From assembly GCA_963786935.1 (NCBI GenBank), contig CAWBAN010000005.1, forward strand, positions 32,001 to 96,000: a DNA stretch of 64,000 nt, in the 5' to 3' direction. This stretch comes from an uncultured bacterium (GTDB lineage: Bacteria; Krumholzibacteriota; Krumholzibacteriia; Krumholzibacteriales; Krumholzibacteriaceae). The notes below the pieces were generated by a model. That model saw only the letters and a program-made list of their open reading frames with translations, made no database searches and was not told the origin of the DNA. Shown here piece after piece: positions 30,618 through 40,376 of the stretch. Each line of letters starts with the position of its first letter. The stretch's first letter is position 1. The position numbers were made by a program, and so were the translations under genes.

Positions 30618-31643
30618 ATGATCGACGTCATCAGGGAAACGGTCGTCATCACGGGATTCGTGTTCGTGATGATGCTCGTCATCGAATATGTGAACGTCCT
30701 GACGAGTGGCGCCTGGCAGAGCGTGCTCGCGCGGAACCGCTGGACCCAGTACGCGCTCGCCGCCGCGCTCGGCCTCATCCCGGGCTGTCTCGGCAATTTC
30801 GCCGTCGTCGCGATGTATTCTCACCGCATTTTGAGCCTCGGAGCGGTCGTCGCGGCGATGATCGCGACGAGCGGCGACGAGGAGTTCGTCATGATCGCCC
30901 TCGTCCCGAAGCAGGCGATGCTCGTGTTCGGCATCTGCTTCGCGCTCGGCGTGCTCTCGGGGGCCGCCGTCGATGCGGTCGCCAGGCGGCGCCGCGGCTC
31001 CGAAACGTTCTGCTGCGACGGGCTCGAGGTGCACGCGCGCATCGAGGGAGCCCTGTTCGATCGCGCGATGATCGTCCGGCAGTGGCGGGACTGCACCGCG
31101 GCGCGGGGCGTCCTCGCTGTGTCGCTCGTGCTCCTCATCGCGGGGGTCGTTTTCGGCCAGGTCGAACCCGAGGGATGGAACTCGGTGCGCGTCATGCTCC
31201 TCATTTCCTCGGCGATCGCGTTTTTCATCGTAGCGACGGTGTCGGACCATTTTCTCGACGAGCATCTCTGGCGCCACGTCGCGAAGCGCCATCTGCCGAG
31301 CATCTTTCTCTGGACGCTCGGCGCGCTCGTCGCCATGTATCTTCTCCTCGACCGCGCGCAGTTCGACGCCGCCGGCGCCGTCGCGCGCGGCAAGTGGATC
31401 GTGCTCGCCGCCGCGTGCCTCATCGGGCTCATCCCCGAGTCGGGCCCGCATCTCGTTTTCGTGACGCTCTTCGCGCGCGGGGCGATTCCGTTCAGCATAC
31501 TGCTCGCGAGCTCGATCGTGCAGGACGGCCACGGCATGCTTCCGATGCTCGCGCAGTCGCGCCGGACGTTCGTCACGGTGAAAGTGATCAACTTCGTCGT
31601 CGGCCTCGCCGCGGGCGCCGCGGCGCTCGCGCTCGGGTACTGA
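30618..31643 (+). CDS. Putative manganese/heavy-metal transporter (DUF2899-like membrane protein)
   Basis: GLIPGCLG, IATSGDE, GLIPESGPH, SIVQDGHGMLP; multiple TM. Confidence 0.75.
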   Translation: MIDVIRETVVITGFVFVMMLVIEYVNVLTSGAWQSVLARNRWTQYALAAALGLIPGCLGNFAVVAMYSHRILSLGAVVAAMIATSGDEEFVMIALVPKQAMLVFGICFALGVLSGAAVDAVARRRRGSETFCCDGLEVHARIEGALFDRAMIVRQWRDCTAARGVLAVSLVLLIAGVVFGQVEPEGWNSVRVMLLISSAIAFFIVATVSDHFLDEHLWRHVAKRHLPSIFLWTLGALVAMYLLLDRAQFDAAGAVARGKWIVLAAACLIGLIPESGPHLVFVTLFARGAIPFSILLASSIVQDGHGMLPMLAQSRRTFVTVKVINFVVGLAAGAAALALGY

Positions 31644-32629
31644 TGGATTACGACCGCATCATAACGCACGGCGATTTCGACGGCGTCGTTTCGGGGGCCG
31701 TGTGCTCCTTCGCGCTCGGCGTCGATTCGTTCGTTTTCACGGGCCCGGGCGCGATCACGCGCGCCGAAATATCGATCGGGCCCCGGGACGTCGTGTGCGA
31801 CCTTCCGTACCCGCTCGAGTGCGGGCTCTGGTTCGACCACCATCCGGGGAATCTCGAGGCGCTCGCGCTCAGGCGCATCGATCCCGCGACGATCCCCGGC
31901 CGCCTCGACGGAACGAAGCGCTCGGCCGCGCGCGTCGTCTTCGAATATTTCACGGAGCGGGTCGGGGAGCTCCCGGCCCGGTTCGCGGAGACGGTCGCCG
32001 AGGCCGACACGATCGATTCGTTCGATTACCGGACGATCGACGAATGGCTCCGCGAGACGCCGGGGAAGCTCGTCGACATGGGCCTCAAGGCGTCCGTGCA
32101 GGGCCCCCGGGAGCGGACGAAATTTCTCGATCGCCTCGTCCGCCTCGTCCGCGACGGCGCGCTCGCGGACGTGCTCGCGGACGCGGAGGTGGCGGGCCGC
32201 GTCGCGCGGTACCGCGACGAGGAGAAGCGCATGATCGAGTTCCTGCGAAAATCGATCTCCTTCCTCCCTGAGGACGCCGGTCGCGAGCTCATCGTTCTCG
32301 ATTTCACCGCGCATTCGAGGCCTCCCCGCGTGCTCAAGAATCTCGCCTATCTTCTCGAGCCCGGGGCGCTGGCCGCGCTCACCGTGAACCCGGTCTTTCG
32401 CGGCGACCGCAAGACGAACGACATCTCCGTCTCGATGTCCCTCTCGATGAACATGACCGGCAAGCAGCACGGCAAGGATATCGGGGAGATCATGCGCGCG
32501 CTCGACATCGGCGATGGGCACGCCGGGGCGGCGGCCGGCGGCGTTCACTGCGAATCGAAGGACGAGATGCTCCGAAGGAAGAAGAAGCTCCTCTCCGACA
32601 TCTGGAGGCTCTGGAAGGGAATGAAATGA
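31643..32629 (+). CDS. DHH-family phosphoesterase
   Basis: TGATG overlap; THGDFDG, CDLP, WFDHH, C-terminal GDGHAGAA. Confidence 0.8.
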   Translation: MDYDRIITHGDFDGVVSGAVCSFALGVDSFVFTGPGAITRAEISIGPRDVVCDLPYPLECGLWFDHHPGNLEALALRRIDPATIPGRLDGTKRSAARVVFEYFTERVGELPARFAETVAEADTIDSFDYRTIDEWLRETPGKLVDMGLKASVQGPRERTKFLDRLVRLVRDGALADVLADAEVAGRVARYRDEEKRMIEFLRKSISFLPEDAGRELIVLDFTAHSRPPRVLKNLAYLLEPGALAALTVNPVFRGDRKTNDISVSMSLSMNMTGKQHGKDIGEIMRALDIGDGHAGAAAGGVHCESKDEMLRRKKKLLSDIWRLWKGMK

Positions 32630-35600
32630 CCGCGAACCGCTCGACACGGATCGTCGTCGCGCTCTGCCTCGCGCTCGCCGCGAGTCCGGCGGCGCTCGCG
32701 CCGGCGAATTCGGGTCCGCGCGTCGAAGCCGCCCCGGCTCCGGCCCCCGCGGCCGGTCGCGTCGCCGTCCATGACGCCGGCGCGGCGCTCCTCGACGCCG
32801 GGGAGAACGAGCGGGCCGCGCGGTTCTTCGAAGAGGCGCTGTCGGCGCACGGGGGGCTCGTCGAGCTCGCCGAGGGGCTCATCGAGGCGCGTTCCCGCCT
32901 CTGCGCGCCGAACGCGGCGCTCGCGCGCTCGGCGCAGGCGATGCCGGCGGAGGAAGGGCCCCGGCGCGAAATCTTCGATCATTATCTCCTGGGCGAGCGC
33001 TCGCGCATCCGGCGGGAGTTCAAAGACGCGGCCGCGCATTTCCGGAGCGCGTTCTCGGCCGCCGAGCGGACGGGGGATACGATCTCCGCGATCGTGTGCG
33101 GCACGGCGCTCGCGCTCGGGCTCGCGGCGAATCAGGACGCCGCGGGCGCCCTCGCGACGGCGGCCGGGCTCGACTCGCTCGCGCGGGGGCTCGTTCCGGA
33201 GGGCCGGCTCGCCGTATCCGTCATCGCGCTTCGCGCCGAATGCATGGGCGCGGCCGACAGCATCGACGCGGCCGAAAGGCTCTTCGGCGGCGCGCTCGCC
33301 GCGGCCAAAGCGGGAGGGTTCCGGGGGATCGAGAGCGCCTGCCTCGCGGGTCTCGGGCGGCTCGACGACAAGCGCCAGCGATACGGGGATGCGGCGTCGC
33401 TCTACGGCCGGGCGCTCGCCCTCGAGCGCGGCATGGGGAGCAAGGAGCAGATAGCGACCCTTCTCAACAACCTCGGGCAGGTCGAGGTGAACACGGGCGC
33501 GCTGGACGCCGCCTCGAGCCGTTTCGCGGAGGCGGAGACGATCGCGGACTCCTGCGGGCTGAAATGGATCCTCGCCTACCTGGCCTACGGCCGCGGCGCC
33601 CTCGCCGAGAGGCGCGGGGACCCGGAAGGGGCCGTCAAGCTCTTCCAGCAGGCGCTCGCGCTGCACCGGGCGCAGGGAAGCGTCTGGGGAGAGCTCGGCG
33701 CGCAGCTCAGGCTCGCGTATCTCCGCGGCTCGCTGGGGCAGTACGCCACGGCGGTCGGACACTACGAGCAAGCGCTCAAAGTCTACGAGGAGATGAAGAG
33801 CCTCTACGGCATGAGCTGGACGCTCGCGGGGCTCGCCGTCGCCCATCACAAGCTCGGCGATTTCGCGAAGGCCGAAGCCTACTACCGACGCGCGCTCGAG
33901 GTGAGGCGCCGCCTCGGCGACCGGCGCGGCGCCGCCTGGTGCCTCAATTCGCTCGGGATGATCGCCGACATGCAGGGGCGCTATCGCGACGCCCTCTCGT
34001 ACGAGCACGAGGCGATGGCGATCTACCGGGAGCTCGGCGACCGCGCGGGCGTCGGGGAATCGTACTTCGGCATCGGATCGGTCTTCTTCTATCTCGGCAA
34101 CTACACCGAATCGCTGAAGAACTACGAGGAGGCGTTCGCGACCGCGACCGAGACGGGAGACGAGCGGTTGCTCGGCAACGTCGTGAGCGGCATGGGATCC
34201 GCCTACGAGGCGGCGGGGCGGCTCGATCTCGCGGGGGATCTGTACCGGAAATGCCTCGAAATCGCCCGCGCGTCGAAGGAGAAGATACAGGTCGTCTGGG
34301 CCCTCAACAATCTCGCCTCCCTCGAAATTCAGACCGGAGAGCTCGCCGCGGCGAGCAGGCACGCCGGGGAGGCGCTCGCGCTCCTTCCTGCGGAAGGGCA
34401 GGATTATCTGCGCGCCCGCTCGCTCTCGCTCATGGGGATGGCCGGAGGGTCGGTCGAATCGTCGATCGCTCACCTCGAGCGCGCACTCTCCCTCGCCGAG
34501 CGGAGCGGCATCGAGGAGCTCAGGTGGAAATGCCTGTCCGATCTCGGCGAGCTCTATTGGGCGAAGGGAGACACCGCGAAGAGCTACTCGTTCCAGCATC
34601 GCGCGATCGTCGCGGTGGAATCGCTCAGGCGTCTCGCCGGCTCCGACGAGCTTCGGCGGCATTTCTTCCGCCCCGCGATCCTTCCCTACGATCGCATCGT
34701 TTCGGTCATCCTGACGAGGTCCGGCCGCTCCGCCGACGTGAAGGAAGCGTTCAGCTACACGGAGCGCTGCAGGGCCCAGATCCTCGCCTCGCTCCTCCGG
34801 GAGGCGATGGAACGGACCGGCGCGAAGGGGAACGACCGGCTCCTCGGCCGCGAGCGGGACATCCTCTCGCGGCTCGCGTTCTATCAGGCGCGTCTGCAGG
34901 ACGGGACCCTCACCGGCGAAGAGCGCGCGGGCTATCTCGAGAAGATCGAGGGGCTCGAGCGGCGCTTCACGAGCCTGAGCCTCAAGTTCGAGCAGGGGGA
35001 CCGGGATTACGTCTCGGCGCTCTATCCGAAGGTCGAGCAGCCCGACGAGCTCCTCGCCTCGCTCGCCCCCGACGAGCGGCTCTTGTCCTATTTTCTCGGG
35101 GAGAAGCGGTCGTTCGTGTTCTGCGGCACGAGAGAAGGGCTCGACGTCCGCGAGCTTCCCGCGCGCGACGTCATCGAGCGGCGCGTCGAATACTTCCTGA
35201 GCATTCTCGCGCAGATGGCGAATGCGCCCGACGGCGCGGTCTCCGATTCGACGGCGCCGCCCGCCGCGGCGTCCGCTCCCGCGATCCCGCCGCAGGTGTT
35301 CGAGCTGGCGTCGCAGGAGCTCTCCGATCTGCTTCTCGAGCCGGCGGCACGATGGCTCGAACCGGGGGAGAAGCTCGTCATCGTGCCGGACGGCATGCTC
35401 CACCGGCTGCCGTTCGCGCTCCTCAAGAACGATGGCCGCTATCTCGTCGCCGATCACGACATCTCGTACGCGCCGTCGCTGCGGACGCTCCGGTATCTGC
35501 GGGAGCGCGGCGCCGTGCGCGCCGGCTCGAAGCGCGCGCCCGAATACGACATTATCGCGATCGGCGCGAGCGGCGAGGGAGCGGCGGGCCCGCGGGAGGG

Positions 35601-36327
35601 CGAGCGCGTCTACCCCTTCACCGACATTCCGATCGAGCCGCTGCCCCTCGCGGCGCGGGAGGCGAAGGACGTCGCGTCGATATTCTCCCGGTCGCGCCTG
35701 CTCGCGGGGCGGAGCGCGGGGGAGGGCGCGCTCAAGGCGAGCCGCATCGACGACACGGGAATCCTCCACATCGCGGCGCACGCCTACGTCGACAACGACG
35801 ATCTCCGGCGCTCGTTCATCGTCCTCAATCCCGAGCGCGGCTTCGGCGACACGCTTGCGAGCGTGTCGGAGGACGGCATCCTCCAGTGGCACGAGATCGC
35901 CTCGCTCAAGCTCAACGCGGCGCTCGTGACGCTGTCGTCGTGCCGCTCCGCGGGGGGCGTGCTGTCCTACGGGGAGGGCATTTCGGGGCTCACCGAGGGA
36001 TTTCTCTACGCGGGGGGCGGCTGTGTGCTCGCGGCGCAGCTCGACATACCGGACGATCTCGCCGGCGACATGATGATCGAGTACTACCGGGGCGTGAAGA
36101 AGGGGCTCACCGCGGCGGCTGCGTTGAGCGCTGCGCAGCGGAGCGCTCTCGCGAAGGAGGGCGCGATCACGAACCCGGCCGTGTGGGGCGCGTACGTCGC
36201 GATCGGGGACGGCGCATCGGCGCCCCGGCTCTCGAGCCGGCTCGTGCGATCGAGAGTCCTGCTCATCGCGCTCGTTCTCGCGGGGGTCGTTCTCGGGGCG
36301 ATCGTGGTGCGGGGGCGTCGCCGCTGA
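32626..36327 (+). CDS. TPR-CHAT domain protease with signal peptide and C-terminal TM anchor
   Basis: Signal peptide; many TPRs; IVPDGMLHRLPFALL, ILHIAAH (His), VTLSSC (Cys), GEGISGL..GFLYAG, P.VWGAYV.IG; C-terminal hydrophobic helix plus RGRRR. Confidence 0.93.
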   Translation: MTANRSTRIVVALCLALAASPAALAPANSGPRVEAAPAPAPAAGRVAVHDAGAALLDAGENERAARFFEEALSAHGGLVELAEGLIEARSRLCAPNAALARSAQAMPAEEGPRREIFDHYLLGERSRIRREFKDAAAHFRSAFSAAERTGDTISAIVCGTALALGLAANQDAAGALATAAGLDSLARGLVPEGRLAVSVIALRAECMGAADSIDAAERLFGGALAAAKAGGFRGIESACLAGLGRLDDKRQRYGDAASLYGRALALERGMGSKEQIATLLNNLGQVEVNTGALDAASSRFAEAETIADSCGLKWILAYLAYGRGALAERRGDPEGAVKLFQQALALHRAQGSVWGELGAQLRLAYLRGSLGQYATAVGHYEQALKVYEEMKSLYGMSWTLAGLAVAHHKLGDFAKAEAYYRRALEVRRRLGDRRGAAWCLNSLGMIADMQGRYRDALSYEHEAMAIYRELGDRAGVGESYFGIGSVFFYLGNYTESLKNYEEAFATATETGDERLLGNVVSGMGSAYEAAGRLDLAGDLYRKCLEIARASKEKIQVVWALNNLASLEIQTGELAAASRHAGEALALLPAEGQDYLRARSLSLMGMAGGSVESSIAHLERALSLAERSGIEELRWKCLSDLGELYWAKGDTAKSYSFQHRAIVAVESLRRLAGSDELRRHFFRPAILPYDRIVSVILTRSGRSADVKEAFSYTERCRAQILASLLREAMERTGAKGNDRLLGRERDILSRLAFYQARLQDGTLTGEERAGYLEKIEGLERRFTSLSLKFEQGDRDYVSALYPKVEQPDELLASLAPDERLLSYFLGEKRSFVFCGTREGLDVRELPARDVIERRVEYFLSILAQMANAPDGAVSDSTAPPAAASAPAIPPQVFELASQELSDLLLEPAARWLEPGEKLVIVPDGMLHRLPFALLKNDGRYLVADHDISYAPSLRTLRYLRERGAVRAGSKRAPEYDIIAIGASGEGAAGPREGERVYPFTDIPIEPLPLAAREAKDVASIFSRSRLLAGRSAGEGALKASRIDDTGILHIAAHAYVDNDDLRRSFIVLNPERGFGDTLASVSEDGILQWHEIASLKLNAALVTLSSCRSAGGVLSYGEGISGLTEGFLYAGGGCVLAAQLDIPDDLAGDMMIEYYRGVKKGLTAAAALSAAQRSALAKEGAITNPAVWGAYVAIGDGASAPRLSSRLVRSRVLLIALVLAGVVLGAIVVRGRRR

Positions 36328-36406
36328 TTCCTCTCGCCCGGGCAGTCATTTTTTTCATGGCGGAAAACGCATTTTCTGTGTCATCCTCCGGCGGGGGAAT
36401 GTCTCA

Positions 36407-36997
36407 TTGATTGAGAATGTGCAAACGGCGACCGACGAGGCGCTTGCCGCGGAAATCGCGCAGGAGCCAAGCGAGCGGCTCTGCACCGAGCTCTTCCGCC
36501 GGTACTGCAAGAAGATCTACCTCTGGTGCTTCGGCTACTCGCACGACGTCGATGACGCGCTCGATCTCTCGCAGGAGATCTGCGCGAAGATCTTCCGCGG
36601 CATCGGAAGCTACTCCGGGCGCTCGCGGTTCTCGACGTGGGTCTATCAGGTGACGCGGAACCACTGCATCGGCGAGCTTTCGAAGCGGCGGATGCGGTGG
36701 CGCGACCGGCTCCTTTCGTTCGAGGAGAGCGCCGGCGAGGAGGCGCTCGAGGCGAAGATCTTCTCGCGGCTCGACGAGATCGACGATATCGGGAAGATCC
36801 TCGCGGCGGCGCGGGAATACATGTCGATGGAGGAGCTCGAGGCGTTCGTCCTCCATTACCACGAGGGGCTCTCGGTGAACGAGATCACGAAGATCATCGG
36901 GTGCGCGAACGCGACGGGCGCCCGGGCGCTGATCCAGAGCGCGAGACGGAAATTCGGCCGCCTCGTCGAAGAAAAGGATTTCGGGCATGCCTCGTGA
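36407..36997 (+). CDS. ECF RNA polymerase sigma factor
   Basis: sigma2 DALDLSQE, FSTWVYQVTRNHC; sigma4 FVLHYHEGLSVNEI; TTG start. Confidence 0.9.
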   Translation: MIENVQTATDEALAAEIAQEPSERLCTELFRRYCKKIYLWCFGYSHDVDDALDLSQEICAKIFRGIGSYSGRSRFSTWVYQVTRNHCIGELSKRRMRWRDRLLSFEESAGEEALEAKIFSRLDEIDDIGKILAAAREYMSMEELEAFVLHYHEGLSVNEITKIIGCANATGARALIQSARRKFGRLVEEKDFGHAS

Positions 36998-37733
36998 CGG
37001 ACATATCGATCTCGAAACGCTGGACGCATATCTCCTCGGGAAGCTCGGCGAGGCGGAAGCCGGGGCCGTGCGCCGCCACGTCGAGGAGTGCGCGCTCTGC
37101 GCCCTCGAGCTCAAGCGCCTCCAGCGGTTCGCCGCGATCGATTCGGACGAGGATCTGTCCCGCTCGGCCGAATGGATCTACGCGCGGCGGAAGCTCGAGA
37201 ACGCCTATCGGGACAAGATCGCGCCCCGTTTGACCGGCCGCCCCGAGGCGGCCCGCGACACCGGCGTGCGTCGCTTCCGGCTCTCCCGCGGCGCTCGCGC
37301 CGCGGGATGGATCGTCCCGGCGGCGGTCATGGCGGCGGGTCTCGTCATCATCGGAATATTCTCGAAGCAGGACGAATCCCCCGTGAGCGAGCCCGCGCGG
37401 CGCGTCATGCGCGGCGCGCCCCCGGTGCGCTACGAGATCGAGCTCGTCGAGCCGGCCGGGGAGATCGCCGCTCCTCCGGCGCTCTTCAGGTGGCGATCGG
37501 AACGCGGTGACGACCGGTACACGCTCGAGATCTTCACGCCGACGCTGTCGCGGATCTATCGAACGGCGAACGTGCCGGGCACGTCATGGACCGCGCCCGA
37601 CAGCCTCCGCGAGGCCCTCAAGCCCAACGTCGTCTATCTCTGGAGCGTCCGGGGGCAGAAGGGGCTCGAACGCATGTCCGTATCTCCGAACGGCTGGTTC
37701 AAGATCGCGCGCAAATCCATGATTCCGAAGTGA
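36987..37733 (+). CDS. Zinc-finger (zf-HC2) transmembrane anti-sigma factor
   Basis: H...HVEECALC (HxxxCxxC), one TM, extracytoplasmic beta-rich domain; overlaps the sigma gene. Confidence 0.85.
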   Translation: MPRDGHIDLETLDAYLLGKLGEAEAGAVRRHVEECALCALELKRLQRFAAIDSDEDLSRSAEWIYARRKLENAYRDKIAPRLTGRPEAARDTGVRRFRLSRGARAAGWIVPAAVMAAGLVIIGIFSKQDESPVSEPARRVMRGAPPVRYEIELVEPAGEIAAPPALFRWRSERGDDRYTLEIFTPTLSRIYRTANVPGTSWTAPDSLREALKPNVVYLWSVRGQKGLERMSVSPNGWFKIARKSMIPK

Positions 37734-37750
37734 CCGCTTCCGTCCTCTCC

Positions 37751-37779
37751 TTGACACATTGCATACCGCGTGATAGCGT
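37751..37779 (+). promoter_or_regulatory. Putative sigma70 promoter of the M24 peptidase
   Basis: TTGACA-N17-TAGCGT with TG extension. Confidence 0.6.
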
Positions 37780-37837
37780 TCCGCTATAGGTTTTCGCTGT
37801 TTCGATGCGTATTCTCGAATGCGGGGAGGCTCGGACG

Positions 37838-39022
37838 ATGGATATCAAGAAGATTCAGGCTGCGCTCAAGGAAAAGGGCGTCGACGGCTGGCTCCTGTGC
37901 GATTTTCACAATCGTGACCATCTCGCCTACCGCGTGCTCGGGCTCGATTTCAAGAAAATGACGTCGCGGAGATGGTTCTACTTCATTCCGACGAAAGGAG
38001 AGCCTATCCGCCTCGTCTCCGCGGTCGAGCCGGCGCGGCTCGACGCGCTCCCCGGCGAGAAGCGGTTCTACCGCGCGTGGGGAGAGCTCCATTCGTCCAT
38101 CGAGACAATGCTCGGGAAGCCCAAGAAGATCGCCATGCAGTATTCTCCGCTGAACAACATCCCGTACGTGTCGATCGTGGACGCGGGCACGATCGAGATC
38201 GTGAGAAAATTCGGTCACGAGATCGTCTCCTCGGCCGATCTCGTCCAGCAGTTCGAATCGCTCATCGATCAGAAGGGCTATGAGAGCCACCTCAAGGCCT
38301 GCGACAAGGTCCAGCATATCAAGAACGAGGCCTTCGCCGAGATCGGCAAGGCGTTCGCCGAGAAGCGGAAGCTCACCGAGTACGAGCTCGCGCGCTGGAT
38401 CATGAAGCGCTTCGACGAGGAAGGGCTCGATTGCGGCGGCGAATCCCCCATCGTCGGCATCAACGACCATCCGTCCGATCCTCACTTCGAGCCGAAGCAG
38501 GAGGGCACGTACACCTTCAAGAAGGGGGATTGCATCCTCATCGATCTCTGGGCGAAGCTCAAAGAGCCCGGCTCGATCTACTACGACATCACGTGGTGCG
38601 GGTTCGCCGGCGACGAGCCCCCCGAGAAATACCAGGAGATCTTCCACACCGTGCGCGACGCGCGCATCGCCGCGGTGAACTTCGTGCGCAAGCGCTTCGC
38701 CGCGAAGAAGCCGTGCTTCGGGTGGGAGGTGGACGACGCGTGCCGAAACGTGATCGTCGACGCCGGTTACGGCGACTACTTCGTCCACCGGACGGGGCAC
38801 TCGATCGGCGAGGAAGTCCACGGGAACGGCGTCAACATCGACAACCTCGAGACGAAGGACGAACGGCAGCTCGTGCCGGGGATCTGCTTCTCGGTCGAGC
38901 CGGGCATCTACCTCAAGGGGGAGATGGCGGCGCGCACCGAGATCGACTGCTTCATCACGCTCGACGGCGAGGTCGTCGTGGCCGGCGAGGAGCAGATGGA
39001 GCTCGTACGGGTGCACGTGTAG
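37838..39022 (+). CDS. M24 family (Xaa-Pro) aminopeptidase
   Basis: DPH, IDLW, YDITW, HRTGHSIG..VHG, SVEPGIY, RTE metal ligands; RBS GGAGG. Confidence 0.92.
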   Translation: MDIKKIQAALKEKGVDGWLLCDFHNRDHLAYRVLGLDFKKMTSRRWFYFIPTKGEPIRLVSAVEPARLDALPGEKRFYRAWGELHSSIETMLGKPKKIAMQYSPLNNIPYVSIVDAGTIEIVRKFGHEIVSSADLVQQFESLIDQKGYESHLKACDKVQHIKNEAFAEIGKAFAEKRKLTEYELARWIMKRFDEEGLDCGGESPIVGINDHPSDPHFEPKQEGTYTFKKGDCILIDLWAKLKEPGSIYYDITWCGFAGDEPPEKYQEIFHTVRDARIAAVNFVRKRFAAKKPCFGWEVDDACRNVIVDAGYGDYFVHRTGHSIGEEVHGNGVNIDNLETKDERQLVPGICFSVEPGIYLKGEMAARTEIDCFITLDGEVVVAGEEQMELVRVHV

Positions 39023-39086
39023 GCGCCGCGCCCGCGGCGCCCGCGGAACGAATCGGCGAACCGGGGGGATCCGGTGGGGCCGGGCG

Positions 39087-40376
39087 CTAGATCACCCGCC
39101 TGAGCGTGAGCGATATCGTTCGCTCCGCGCCGTTTCTCGTGACGGCGAGCGTCACCCGGGCGCCCGCTTTTCTGAACAGATCGTGCAGCTCGAATCCGTC
39201 GCGCGCCGGGGACGCGACCCCGTTTATCGCCATGACCGTGTCGCCGGCGGCCAATCCGGCTTCGTCGGCGGGAGATCCGGGATACACGCGGTCGACGAGA
39301 AACTCCCTATTCTTCCCCCTGCTCATGACGATGCCGGACATATCGTATTCGGACGGCTCCGCGAAACGCCGGTTCGGCTCGAGAAACATCCGGTGCCCGG
39401 GATAGTCGTAGACGATGTTGAAACGGGAGAAAAGACCGAGCCCGATCAGCGCCTCCGTCGTCACCTGTCCCCTGTCGTCGGGAGCGACGAAGCCGGTGAG
39501 AAGATCGGAAAGGCGGTATTTCCCGATCTCGACGGCGCGGACTCGCCCGATGAAACCGCGCGTCTCTCCCTGCGCGCCGAAACCGAGGCTGGCCTCGAGC
39601 GCTCGCTCCGGAGGGGCGAGCCTGTTCCCTTCCCGCGGGTCGACCTGCAGATAGTCGTTGTATCCGAGATCCATCGCCAGATCGAGCGCGACGCGGCGGC
39701 CGCCGGCGAGCTCGATCGTCCCCGGGATCGCCCAGTATCCGCCGCCGATCGGCTTCATGGGGACCTCGATCCCGCCGCCCGCATAGCGGAACGCGCGCGG
39801 CTCGATGAGGGTGATGACCATATCGTCGAAGTCGATGTCGACCACGAAGTGCTTAAGGAACGCGGCGCTGACCTGTCCGTCGGTCCCGGCCCACATTTCG
39901 GCGAAGCCGGCGCTCGCCGGAGTGACGATGGCCGTCTGGCCGATGAACTCAGCTCCCGGGAAGCTGATGGTGATGCCCGACGCCATGCGCGATTTCACCG
40001 GATCCCCTTCGCCGGTGCCGCCCACATCTACATCTCCGTCGTAGGAGAGCGCGAGCGAGTCGATCCGCGGGCCGCCGAAAAAGAGCAGCTGATCCCACAG
40101 CATTCCGTTGTCGAGCATCATCCGCACGTCCCGGCCGTTCACCCTGCCCCCCTCGAGCAGGATGTCCCCGCGGAAGAGCTTGAACGGGATCCTGATCACG
40201 CCGTCGGGAGCGGTGATCCGGTAGCTTCCCGGGGCGGGTCCGAGGACCGGGTCCTCGGCGGGCCCGCCCGCGAAGGCCCCCTGCGCGAGGACGACGATCG
40301 AGACCGCGGCGGCGCGAAGAATCGTACGCATCGTGCACGTCGCGCCGGGGATGGCGCTCTCGTGGTGCTTCTTCAT
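39087..40376 (-). CDS. Secreted aspartyl-protease-like protein with C-terminal PDZ domain
   Basis: Two retropepsin-like lobes (MMLDNG; LAMDLG...LIGLGLFSRF), PDZ (VYPGSPADEAGL..GD.V.AING). Confidence 0.8.
   Translation of the reverse strand: MKKHHESAIPGATCTMRTILRAAAVSIVVLAQGAFAGGPAEDPVLGPAPGSYRITAPDGVIRIPFKLFRGDILLEGGRVNGRDVRMMLDNGMLWDQLLFFGGPRIDSLALSYDGDVDVGGTGEGDPVKSRMASGITISFPGAEFIGQTAIVTPASAGFAEMWAGTDGQVSAAFLKHFVVDIDFDDMVITLIEPRAFRYAGGGIEVPMKPIGGGYWAIPGTIELAGGRRVALDLAMDLGYNDYLQVDPREGNRLAPPERALEASLGFGAQGETRGFIGRVRAVEIGKYRLSDLLTGFVAPDDRGQVTTEALIGLGLFSRFNIVYDYPGHRMFLEPNRRFAEPSEYDMSGIVMSRGKNREFLVDRVYPGSPADEAGLAAGDTVMAINGVASPARDGFELHDLFRKAGARVTLAVTRNGAERTISLTLRRVI

Noticed and set aside
32545..36410. 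1115-aa antisense and 1104-aa alternative-frame ORFs over the CHAT gene
   Set aside because: Arg/Ala/Gly-rich shadow ORFs expected from high GC3 bias; no recognisable motifs
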